A stretch of 64,000 nucleotides of DNA from an uncultured Verrucomicrobiae bacterium (lineage in GTDB: Bacteria > Verrucomicrobiota > Verrucomicrobiia > Chthoniobacterales > JAFAMB01): positions 32,001-96,000 of the forward strand of contig CAVXLD010000014.1 of the NCBI GenBank assembly GCA_963762565.1. The letters are read 5' to 3'. Numbering within the stretch: position 1 is the first letter of the stretch; each line of letters opens with the position of its first letter. Below, piece by piece: positions 9,252 through 18,421 of this stretch. The notes beneath the pieces were generated by a model that was not told the DNA's origin, searched no databases, and was given only the letters and a program-made list of their open reading frames with translations. Position numbers and translations under genes: made by a program.

Positions 9252-10399
9252 AAATACCAGTTACGATTGTTACCGGTTTTTTAGGGTCCGGCAAAACCAC
9301 CTTAATCAGCGGTTTATTGAAAAAGAATCCGAGCCGCCGTTTAGCGGTGTTAGTAAACGAGTTTGGTGAAGTGTCTGTCGATGGAGCGTTGTTGCGAACG
9401 GCCGGAGAAGGATGTGGTGTGGAGATCCACGATTTACCCAACGGCTGCATCTGCTGCACCATAAAAGATGACTTTTTGCCGGTGATGAGTCAGCTCCAAA
9501 AACGCAAACAGGAAATCGATCACGTACTGATTGAGACATCCGGTCTAGCGCTGCCTATGCCGGTGATGCGGGCAATGGCGTGGCCTGAAATTCGGAACGA
9601 CTTCCAACTCGATGCGGTCCTTGCCATAGTGGATACACCCCAACTGTTAGCGGGCAACCTGGAGAAAGGTAGGCCTATCCCAGGCGCCGATAATACCGAG
9701 ATTCCTGAACATGTTAACTCGGTGGATCTTATCCTCAATCAGCAGCTCGAGAATGCTGACGTGGTTGTTCTTAATAAGATCGATGAGCTATCAGAGGAGC
9801 GCCTACTAAAGGCTGAAGATATCGTTCGGCAAAAGGCGGCCAAGGTGAGGTTCCTTGAGCTGGCTTATCACGCCGAACTGGATACCCGGCTCTGTATGGG
9901 ACTTAGTCTGCATGATGAGCAGGAAGTGTTTCAGGATGGCGATGAGCATGATCATCACCATCATCATGGTCCGGTGCAATCGACGCCTCGGGATCTCGAT
10001 CGCCCCCTGGCAGACCAACATCAATTCGACGGCCACTCGCACACGGGGTTAGCGTCGCACGAGCATGGAGAGCACAGTCACCTGCATTTCCATGAACATG
10101 ATCCTGGATGGCAATCGTTCGTGTTAGAGAGCTCGCAGCCGCAAGATCCGGAGAAATTAAAGGCTGCCGTCAAAGAAGTGAGTATCGATCAACCGGTACT
10201 CCGAGCCAAGGGATTCGCTGCCATCGAAGGCAAACATCATCGCCTGGTTGTGCAAGCAGTTCGCAACCGTGTACAAGCGTATTTCGAAGAAGCGCATTCG
10301 CACGAGTTGCAGTCGCAGCTGGTGTTCATCGGGTATCACTGCCGGCGCGATCGGACGACTGAGTTGATGAACAAGTTAACTGGCACCGTTTGGGAGTGA
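9248..10399 (+). CDS. cobW: CobW-family GTPase metallochaperone
   Basis: KIPVTIVTGFLGSGKTT, NEFG, NGCICC, IETSGLALP, NKID, His-rich segment, directly upstream of cobN. Confidence 0.92.
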   Translation: MKIPVTIVTGFLGSGKTTLISGLLKKNPSRRLAVLVNEFGEVSVDGALLRTAGEGCGVEIHDLPNGCICCTIKDDFLPVMSQLQKRKQEIDHVLIETSGLALPMPVMRAMAWPEIRNDFQLDAVLAIVDTPQLLAGNLEKGRPIPGADNTEIPEHVNSVDLILNQQLENADVVVLNKIDELSEERLLKAEDIVRQKAAKVRFLELAYHAELDTRLCMGLSLHDEQEVFQDGDEHDHHHHHGPVQSTPRDLDRPLADQHQFDGHSHTGLASHEHGEHSHLHFHEHDPGWQSFVLESSQPQDPEKLKAAVKEVSIDQPVLRAKGFAAIEGKHHRLVVQAVRNRVQAYFEEAHSHELQSQLVFIGYHCRRDRTTELMNKLTGTVWE

Positions 10400-10446
10400 T
10401 TGGTGAAAGATGATTGGTGAAAGGTGATTGGTGAGAGGTGATTGGG
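10395..10446. repeat. (ggtgatt/ggtgaaa) heptamer tract overlapping the cobW stop
   Basis: gtgattggtgaaagatgattggtgaaaggtgattggtgagaggtgattgg. Confidence 0.8.
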
Positions 10447-10484
10447 CGTCCGTGAGAAAAAAAGCTCTGGCATGATTAACTGTT

Positions 10485-10716
10485 TGTCCCGTAGGGACTG
10501 CATGAAGGTAGCCAGGCATGAAATGCCTGGAAACGCGGCGCCGCGAAGCCCGTCCCGTAGGGTACGGCGTGATGGGTTAGCGAGGGCATCGTATCGCCTT
10601 GGACGGTGGACGCCGCCGGGAGCTACGGATCACACCGTGCCCTACGGGACGGATCATGTTTGCCACGTGTCCAGGCATTTCATGCCTGGCTACCTTCATC
10701 TAGTCCCTACGGGACA
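10485..10716. mobile_element. REPIN/MITE-like long palindrome with GTAG-bearing REP units
   Basis: tgtcccgtagggact..atgaaggtagccaggcatgaaatgcctgga is mirrored by tccaggcatttcatgcctggctaccttcat..agtccctacgggaca; inner pair ccgtcccgtaggg / ccctacgggacgg. Confidence 0.82.
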
Positions 10717-11416
10717 TGCAGACGTGCGCACTATTGGCCAAATCGCGGTCACTCCAGCACTCCGGTACTCCAGCACTCCGCGCCGCAGGATTCGAGGACG
10801 AGGACGAGAACGAGGACGAGTACGAAGGAGCCGGTGAGGCTAACCGAACCCCCAAACCATGCATTGGACAGCGACTGAACCAGGCCAACTAGATGCTGAG
10901 CGGGCGTTGACGCTCATCGAGCAAACGCCGGGAGAGATCGTATTTCTCAGCGCTGCAGATACCGAGCTCTATGCGGTCGCGTCTATTTGGAGGGAGCAAT
11001 TCGGTTCTCGTCTGCGAGTTGCTAGTGCTTTTCCGCTTCGCCAACCGGTCGCAGCCGACCATTACATTGATCAGGTCATTAGAAAGGCCAAGCTGGTCGT
11101 GGCTCGGCTTTTGGGAGGTAAAGCATACTTTGCTCATTTCTTGCAGGGGTTGTCGGACCTAAGAGAGGAAAATTCTGAGCCACAATTTCTGATTTTGTCG
11201 GGTAGCGATCTCGACGAACCGGAATTAGCCGGCATCAGTGATTTCGCTGGGCCAATTCGAGCGAAGATTTTTGGTATGTTCCGGCATGGCGGCCGGGAGA
11301 ATATTCGACGCGCAGGAACAGCAATTGACCTACTAATTCGAGATCCTTCTTCTGAGGTGCCTGAAGCGGAGCCGATGCCCGAATTCGGTCTTTATAAGGT
11401 AACGGTCGGACCACCG

Positions 11417-11524
11417 GTCGGCCTCACTACCGTGTCGCGCCGTACGCTTGGCGAAGGTGGAAGCGAGGCAGCGGTCCAGGGAGCCGACCGCGTCGGCCTC
11501 GCAAGCGAGGCAGCGCTCCACGGT
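11417..11524. repeat. Two family-G units, the first interrupted by a family-C element, in frame inside cobN
   Basis: gtcggcctc..[ccgtgtcgcgccgtacgcttggcgaaggtgg]aagcgaggcagcggtcca ... gtcggcctcgcaagcgaggcagcgctccacggt. Confidence 0.78.
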
Positions 11525-13162
11525 GCCGGCCAGCTGAAAAGAGCATGGATCTGTTTCTATCGAGCATTGTTTCAGACTGGTGACCTAGCCGTGATCGATG
11601 CTTTACATGCGGCTCTCGAAAGCCAAGGGTTTCAAGTCTATTCATTCTATTCTTTCTCGCTTCGTAGTACGACAGCCCAGGCTGAACTGCAGCGACTTGC
11701 TGAACTGAATCCTCCAGACGTCATTCTTCTGACTCAGAGCTTCTCTATATCGTCAGGAGGCTCCGATCGCCTCTCGTTCTTTGAACAGCTCGGGTGTCCG
11801 GTTTTACAGGCGCCAATCTCTTTAGGTAACAGGGAAACCTGGCTGACCAACCAAGCCGGTCTTGCTCCGGCCGAAGTCGCCATGAATGCCGCTTTGCCGG
11901 AGATCGATGGGCGCGTTTTTGCAACCGTTGTCGGCTTCAAAGAACAGGACTTCTTTATCCCGGAGGTTGAATACCGAGCTAAAAGACTGGTACCAGATCT
12001 CGAGCAGATTCAGTACGTTGCCTCCTTGGCGTGTAACTGGGCTCGGCTGCGAACCGGGCCAAACCGTGACAAAAAGATTGCGATTGTTCTCTCTAACTAT
12101 CCAAACCGCGATGGGCGCATGGGGAATGGGGTCGGCTTGGATACTCCTGCTAGCACCGTGCGATTATTAGAGATGCTGGCTGTTGCTGGTTTTTTAGTCG
12201 ATCCGTGCCCGACGAGCGGTCAGGAATTAATGGACTGGCTTCAGACTGGGGTTACAAATGATCCGGAACACTCGTACGGCAAACCTTGTTATCAAAGTGT
12301 TAGTCCGGCCGGCTTGAACCAGTTCTTGGAATCGCTGCCGGTCGCGCGCCGGAACGAACTCAAAGAGCAGTGGCCGATTAACTCTAGCGATGTGATCCCT
12401 GTCCCCGGAATACGGTTAGGGAATGTCTTTGTCGGAATTCAACCGGCACGTGGTTATTCGCTGGATGCGCAAGCGATTTATCATAGCCCAACCTTGCCGC
12501 CTCCACCCGCCTATCTCGCGTTCTATCATTGGCTGGGCGCAGAGTTTCGGGCGGATGCAATTATCCATGTCGGAAAACATGGGAACCTCGAGTGGCTGCC
12601 GGGTCGAAGCATCGCTCTCGGAGGCGACGACTATCCTCGGCTTTGTCTAGGTCCCATACCGCTGATCTATCCTTTCATTGTTAACAACCCGGGAGAAGGC
12701 ATCCAAGCTAAGCGCCGTTCTTCGGCTGTCATTGTGGATCATCTGACACCTCCACTCACTAGGGCGGGACTTTATGATGATCTCGAAAGGGTTGAGCGCC
12801 TCCTGGAAGAACATGCGCACAGCATCACGCTTTATCCGAGCCGCGCCGCAGAGCTCGAAAAAGAAATCAGTCATTTGCTGAGCCAGACAACTTGGAAAGA
12901 TGAGCTGCCAGATAAATCACTTCAGTCAGTCACGAATTATCTTTGCGAGATTAAAGAAAGTCAGATTCGATCCGGCTTGCACGTTCTAGGTGTTAAACCA
13001 ACCGGCGAACAGGAAACCGACTTTTTATTGAGCCTGTTGCGATTGCCATCTGCCGGACGGCCCAGTTTACTTCAGCTTCTGGCAGGCGATCGTGCGGTAG
13101 AAATTTTGACGCCACCGGAACGTGATGACCTGGAGTCCAGGGCTCGGCGATGGATACGGGTA

Positions 13163-13260
13163 AACGCCGACAACGCCGACAACGCCGACAGCGCCGGGAA
13201 CGCCAAACGCCAAACGTCAAACGCCGAACGCCAAACGCCAAACGCCGAACGCCAAACGTT
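13163..13260 (+). repeat. (aacgccgac)-type 9-mers followed by (raacgyy)x9 heptamers inside cobN
   Basis: Nine 7-bp units counted at 13198-13260. Confidence 0.9.
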
Positions 13261-14614
13261 GCGAAGAGTTAGCGACGTTTGTTCGTGATCAACTCATTCC
13301 ACGGCTCGCGCGATGCGACGACGAAATCAAAAACGTGTTGAACGCTCTGAACGGGCAGTTCGTGCCGCCAGGACCTTCCGGGGCGCCAACTCGCGGCAGG
13401 ATCGATGTGCTTCCTACCGGTAGAAATTTTTTCGCAATCGATCCACGCGCCGTTCCGACGCAGACCTCCTGGAATTGTGGAAAAATCCTGGCGGACCGGT
13501 TACTCGAGCGGTATCGACAGGACCAGGGGGAATATCCGCGCAAGATCGCCATGGTTATCTGGGGGACATCCAATATGCGGACCGGTGGGGACGATATTGC
13601 CCAGGCGCTCTGGCTTTGGGGTTGTGAACCGGTCTGGGAAGAGTCATCCGGACGTGTGGTCGATTTCCGGATATTGCCGTTGAGTTTGTTAGGACGACCT
13701 CGGATTGATTTGTTGTTGCGGGTATCCGGGCTGTTTCGTGATGCGTTTGGCGATACTATGCGTCTGCTGGCGACTGTGCCTAAGCGACTAGCCCAACAGG
13801 ATGAACCTCCGGACATGAATCCCATCCGGGCTTCCTGGTTACTTGAACGAGATACCCTAACACGCCGTGGTTTAGCTGCTGACGAGGCTTCACGACGAGC
13901 AACGCTGCGCGTGTTCAGCTCAGGGTTCGGATCTTATGGAACCGGTCTATTGCCGCTCATCGATGCTGGCAACTGGCGATCAGCTAAGGATCTAACGGAG
14001 GTATTCTGTCGTTGGGGTGGTTATGCATTTGATAGTGATGGTTCAGCTAGCGAGGATATCGGTTTACTGAAGACCCGCTTAGCCGAGATCGAGGTCGTTC
14101 ACCAGAATCAAGACAATCGAGAACACGATATTTTGGATTCGGACGATTATTTCCAATTTCAGGGCGGGCTACACGCTTCGGTTAAAGAGCTTCGGGGCAA
14201 AGCTCCGGTTAGTTTCCACGGAGATTCTAGTGACCCCGACCAGCCACGGATCCGTTCCCTTGAACAAGAAATTAACCGAGTTATCCGCAGCCGGGTATTA
14301 AATCCGCGATGGCTAGAAGCGATGCGGCGCCATGGCTATAAAGGTGCTTTCGAAATGGCGGCGACGGTCGATTATCTGTTCGGCTACAGTGCGACCACCG
14401 GCTTGGTTCGGGATTCTCACTACGAAGAGATCGCTCAGCGGCTTTTGCTGGATCCAATCCAGAAAGACTTCTTCCGCAGGCACAATCCCGCTGCTCTCAA
14501 GGAATCAACCCGCCGTTTACTCGAAGCTGCCGAACGCGGTCTATGGTCCGCTCCGTCAGAGAACGCGCTAGCCGGACTCGAAGAAAACTTACTCGAATTA
14601 GAAGGCCAACTTGA

Positions 14615-16282
14615 ATGAAACAATTTCCTTTTAGCGCAGTGGTTGGGATGGAGGAGGCCAAACGATCTTTGATCTACCATGCGATTGATCCTAGGATCGG
14701 TGGCTCTCTTTTGCTTGGACACCGTGGCTGCGCGAAGACCACACTCGTGCGGGCCTTTGCTGAACTATTACAAGCTGCTTCCACAGACCCAATTCCGTTC
14801 GTGGAGCTGCCGCTTGGGGCCAGCGAAGATCGTGTGCTCGGTTCGGTGAACGCGGAAGCTTTGGTTGAACAGAACAAATGGGAAACCCGCGTTGGGCTGA
14901 TTGAAGAAGCGAATGGGGGAGTGTTGTACGTCGATGAGATCAATCTGTTGCCGGATAATGTAGCGGACCAGATCTTGGACTCTGCAGGCTCCGGCAGACA
15001 TCATCTGGAAAGGGACGGGATCACACGTCGTATCGAAAGCCGATACATCCTCGTCGGTACTATGAATCCTGAGGAAGGAGAATTGCGGCCGCAGCTATCG
15101 GATCGATTCGCTCACGGTATCGTGATCCAGGACGATTTTACGCCGGATCAACGAGTGGAGGTCGTGCGACGTCGTATCCAGTTCGACGATGATCCGGAGG
15201 GATTTGTCGACCTGTACGCGGGTTCCTTGAGGGATCTGGCGGAATGTTTGGCCAAGGCAAGAAAAATCGTTAAAAGCGTAACGATTTCCGAGGAACAACG
15301 ACTCGATATCGCGAATCAGGCGAGAGTGTTGCAAGTGGAGGGGCTGCGTGCAGAACTCGCTGTGCTACGGACGGCACGCTGCGCTGCAGCCTGGGAGAAC
15401 CGATCAAAAATCGAACAGCGAGATTTGGATGAAGCCTGGCGGATGTGCCTCGGGCATCGACGGCCCGAAAATTGGCCTGCGGCGCCGGTGCCGCCAGCAC
15501 CTCCTCCGGGGCAGCGGTTCAATCCACCGTTGTCAATGCGTACTTCCGTGGCGCCTATCAATTCTCTACCAGACCCAAAGCAGTTGCCTGAGGCTAGTCC
15601 CGCAGCTAATCAGCCGCTGCGAGATTGGGCTAAGAATATCTCTGTTCCTTTACGAGGCAGAGAGGCAAGGGGAGCCTCCGAGGCAATCTCGCACGGGAGC
15701 ATCAACTGGATCGCAAGCCTCCTTAGTTCAGTGCCCTTTAGTAAGAGTTCCGGGATTCGGCTGCGATACTATTCGGTTCGGCGGCGCCCCCGTGTATGGT
15801 GTTTCCTCGATGCGAGCCGGTCGACTGGGATGAGTCGTTGCTTAAGCGCTGCCCGGGATTCGCTGATCGATCTGGCAAACTACTTCCGGTCACGCCGCTG
15901 GAATTTACTGCTCCTGCGAGACAACCAGATCGGATGGATCATTAAGGAAAGCAGCTTTCGCTCGTTTTCCAAAGTTCTCGCCCGCGTCGATGATGCGGGC
16001 GGGAAAAGCTATCTCTTTCAATCCCTTCGCTCTTTGCATCGCGTGGTTCTAAAGCGCGGCCCAACTACTGGGGATCGCGTCGTAATTGTGTCTGACGGCC
16101 TCGCAAGTCTTGAGGCCGGTCAACATCATCGGGATACGCCGTCCCGTCTCCGTCACTATTTGCGGCGAATAACCCAGCTGAACGTCTCGACCGCATGGCT
16201 CTATCCATCGACTGAACGAGCCCTGACCAGATGGTTACAAAGAATCTTACACGGTACGCCGGTTACAAGCATCAAACTCTAA
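14615..16282 (+). CDS. ChlI/ChlD-like chelatase AAA+ ATPase with C-terminal vWA-like domain (probable CobN partner)
   Basis: FPFSAVVG, ELPLGASEDRVLGS, LYVDEINLL, GTMNPEEGELRPQLSDRF, Pro-rich linker, LDASRS, VSDG. Confidence 0.85.
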   Translation: MKQFPFSAVVGMEEAKRSLIYHAIDPRIGGSLLLGHRGCAKTTLVRAFAELLQAASTDPIPFVELPLGASEDRVLGSVNAEALVEQNKWETRVGLIEEANGGVLYVDEINLLPDNVADQILDSAGSGRHHLERDGITRRIESRYILVGTMNPEEGELRPQLSDRFAHGIVIQDDFTPDQRVEVVRRRIQFDDDPEGFVDLYAGSLRDLAECLAKARKIVKSVTISEEQRLDIANQARVLQVEGLRAELAVLRTARCAAAWENRSKIEQRDLDEAWRMCLGHRRPENWPAAPVPPAPPPGQRFNPPLSMRTSVAPINSLPDPKQLPEASPAANQPLRDWAKNISVPLRGREARGASEAISHGSINWIASLLSSVPFSKSSGIRLRYYSVRRRPRVWCFLDASRSTGMSRCLSAARDSLIDLANYFRSRRWNLLLLRDNQIGWIIKESSFRSFSKVLARVDDAGGKSYLFQSLRSLHRVVLKRGPTTGDRVVIVSDGLASLEAGQHHRDTPSRLRHYLRRITQLNVSTAWLYPSTERALTRWLQRILHGTPVTSIKL

Positions 16283-16347
16283 CCGCCGTTGTCTCACCGA
16301 CCCATGTTTTACGAGGCGCGTATTGGTGCAGATGAGAATCGGCGCTA

Positions 16348-16378
16348 TGCATTCAATGAATGCAGTGCTAGCATTGCA
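16348..16378. promoter_or_regulatory. Candidate autoregulatory operator of the TA pair
   Basis: Overlapping palindromes tgcattca-a-tgaatgca and tgcagtgctagcattgca ending 2 nt before the antitoxin ATG. Confidence 0.5.
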
Positions 16379-16380
16379 GT

Positions 16381-16629
16381 ATGCCGACCCTGACCATTCG
16401 GAGGCTTGATGAGAAAACCAAAGCCAGACTCCGGATGCAAGCGGCCGAAAATGGGCGATCGATGGAAGAGGAAGCGCGTGAGATATTGCGCACCTCGCTG
16501 AGTGTTGTTGAATCGGAACAAAGCAGCCTTGCCGAATCGATCAGAAAACGGTTTGCCGCGTTTCACGGCGTCGAACTGAAGATTCCAAAACGGCAGGAGA
16601 TGCGGAAACCGCCAAGGTTTCTTGAATGA
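16381..16629 (+). CDS. FitA-like ribbon-helix-helix antitoxin
   Basis: TLTIRRLDEKTKARLRMQAAENGRSMEEEAREIL; overlaps the PIN toxin gene. Confidence 0.88.
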   Translation: MPTLTIRRLDEKTKARLRMQAAENGRSMEEEAREILRTSLSVVESEQSSLAESIRKRFAAFHGVELKIPKRQEMRKPPRFLE

Positions 16630-17042
16630 TTCTTCTCGATACGAACGTTATCTCTGAGCTAATGCGCCGGGAACCTTCGGCCCGGGTGGTTGCTTGGATG
16701 GAAGTGCAACCCCGTTCTCGCCTGGGAATCACCGCGATTACACAGGCGGAGATCCTCTACGGCATCGAGCTTTTGCCAAAGGGGCGGCGTAAACAGGGGT
16801 TACACAATGCCGCCCAGGGAATGTTTTCGGAGGACTTCCGGGGTCGAATTTTCCCATTCAATAGCGATGCAGCGCTCGCTTTTGCGAAGATTTCAGCGAT
16901 CCGTCAAAATCAGGGAAAGCCGATCAGCCAACTCGATGCGCAGATCGCTGCGATCGTTCAAATCCTCGGGGCGGAACTGGCTACCCGCAACGTGACAGAC
17001 TTCGAAGGATGCGGAATCAAACTTCTGAATCCCTGGGACTAA
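16626..17042 (+). CDS. vapC: FitB/VapC PIN-domain toxin
   Basis: MILLDTNVISE, DAQIAA, LATRNVTDF, NPW. Confidence 0.92.
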   Translation: MILLDTNVISELMRREPSARVVAWMEVQPRSRLGITAITQAEILYGIELLPKGRRKQGLHNAAQGMFSEDFRGRIFPFNSDAALAFAKISAIRQNQGKPISQLDAQIAAIVQILGAELATRNVTDFEGCGIKLLNPWD

Positions 17043-18253
17043 ATCCAGAGGAAAAGCAAACCGGCGATCGAGAAAATGATACCGATTGCGCAAACCCCGG
17101 GCCAGCCGGCAAGAGCCCAGGCTTGAGAGCCGAGCAGGGAGCCGATCGAGCCGCCTAAGAAAAAGGTCACCATATACACGGAATTGATCCGGCTATGGAG
17201 GGCCGGACTGAGGCTGTAGATCCTCGATTGATTAGCGATGTGATTGCCCTGTGCGCCGGCGTCGAGTAGCAACACCCCCACGCCCACCCAGAGCAAGGTG
17301 TTTTGCTGGCTGAACAGCATGGCGATAAATGCGACCATGATAATGCTGAGGAACAAGCCGTTGACCTGTCGCGGCGTCCACTTTTCGCCGAGATGACCGG
17401 CGAAGGGTCCTACCATGGCGCCAGTGATTGCCAGTAAACCGAACATGCCGGTGATGTCCGCACCGTAATGTTGTGGTTGTGCGTGAAGATAGAATGCGAG
17501 TGTTGTCCAGAAGGCGCTAAAGGTGCCGAAACTGAGAGCGCCGAGAATGCTGTGACGCCGAATGATCGGTTCGGTTTGAAGGAGACGTGGCATAGAGGCT
17601 AGCAAGCGGCCATAAGATTCCGCGCCTTGAGCCGGTTGCGATGGAAGAGCGAGCCAGAGAACCACAGCCAGAACCAGCATGAGGGCGGCGGCTGCCCAAT
17701 AGACGACCTGCCATGAGAATCTTGTCCCGATCAAGCCGGCGGTCGTACGGGAAAGAAGAATCCCGATTAACAACCCGCTCATCACGGCGCCGATGACCTT
17801 ACCGCGTCCTGCCCCGGGCACCAACCCGGCGGCATATGGGATTACCAGCTGCGGAGCGACCGACACGAACCCGAGAGCAAAACTAACTCCGAGCATGATC
17901 GGAAGATTCGGTGAAATTGGAACCAAGATCAGGACGGCGCAGGAAAGCAGGGTTGAACCGATGATTAGCCATTTGCGATCGATCCCATCTCCCAGAGGCA
18001 CCACAAACAACAGACCGGCGGCGTAACCGAGTTGAGTGGCAGTCGCTACCCAGGCGATCGCCGAAGGGCCAACCTTAAAAGTCGCGGCAATGGCGTTCAA
18101 TATGGGCTGGTTGTAATAGAGGTTCATCACCACCAGCCCGGCGGTTGCTGCTAATAAGAAGATCAGGCCTCCAGACGGGGTTTCCGCTTTGGCCTGAGGA
18201 TGCGCGTTGAGATTACCAGAGGATGAGCCAGCAGTGGTCCCGCATACGTTCAT
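17039..18253 (-). CDS. MFS transporter
   Basis: About 12 hydrophobic segments; NLYYNQP, QLGYAAGLLFVVPLGD, SRINSVYM. Confidence 0.88.
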   Translation of the reverse strand: MNVCGTTAGSSSGNLNAHPQAKAETPSGGLIFLLAATAGLVVMNLYYNQPILNAIAATFKVGPSAIAWVATATQLGYAAGLLFVVPLGDGIDRKWLIIGSTLLSCAVLILVPISPNLPIMLGVSFALGFVSVAPQLVIPYAAGLVPGAGRGKVIGAVMSGLLIGILLSRTTAGLIGTRFSWQVVYWAAAALMLVLAVVLWLALPSQPAQGAESYGRLLASMPRLLQTEPIIRRHSILGALSFGTFSAFWTTLAFYLHAQPQHYGADITGMFGLLAITGAMVGPFAGHLGEKWTPRQVNGLFLSIIMVAFIAMLFSQQNTLLWVGVGVLLLDAGAQGNHIANQSRIYSLSPALHSRINSVYMVTFFLGGSIGSLLGSQAWALAGWPGVCAIGIIFSIAGLLFLWI

Positions 18254-18293
18254 GTGAAGTTCCTCCCTTATTGATGTGCGTCCGGACCAACCC

Positions 18294-18416
18294 GGGAGGG
18301 CGCGCGTCCTCGCGCGCCGCGAAGACGTTCCTGGCCTTGAGGCGTAATTTAACCATGTGATCCTGAAGCGCCGTTACACTTCGCGAACCACGGATCGCGG
18401 GGACGCGATCCCTCCC
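18294..18416. mobile_element. 123-bp miniature element, family B
   Basis: gggagggcgcgcgtcctcgcgcgcc...ggatcgcggggacgcgatccctccc; same ends and length at 36595 and 52517. Confidence 0.8.
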
Positions 18417-18421
18417 CCCTA

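Larger units (their letters stand above)
10859..14618 (+). pseudogene. cobN: Cobaltochelatase CobN, frameshifted inside a heptamer tract (ORFs 10859-13288 and ~13260-14618)
   Basis: N half: LSAADTEL, ALPEIDGR, NYPNRDGRMGNGVGLDTPAS, HVGKHGNLEWLPG. C half: GPSGAPTRGR, LPTGRNF, HQNQDNREHDILDSDDY, HGYKGAFE. The two halves differ by +1 frame across 13198-13260. Confidence 0.88.

Noticed and set aside
10442..10888. ORFs 10442-10837, 10606-10878 and 10700-10888
   Set aside because: They lie wholly over palindromes and tandem repeats; no protein motifs
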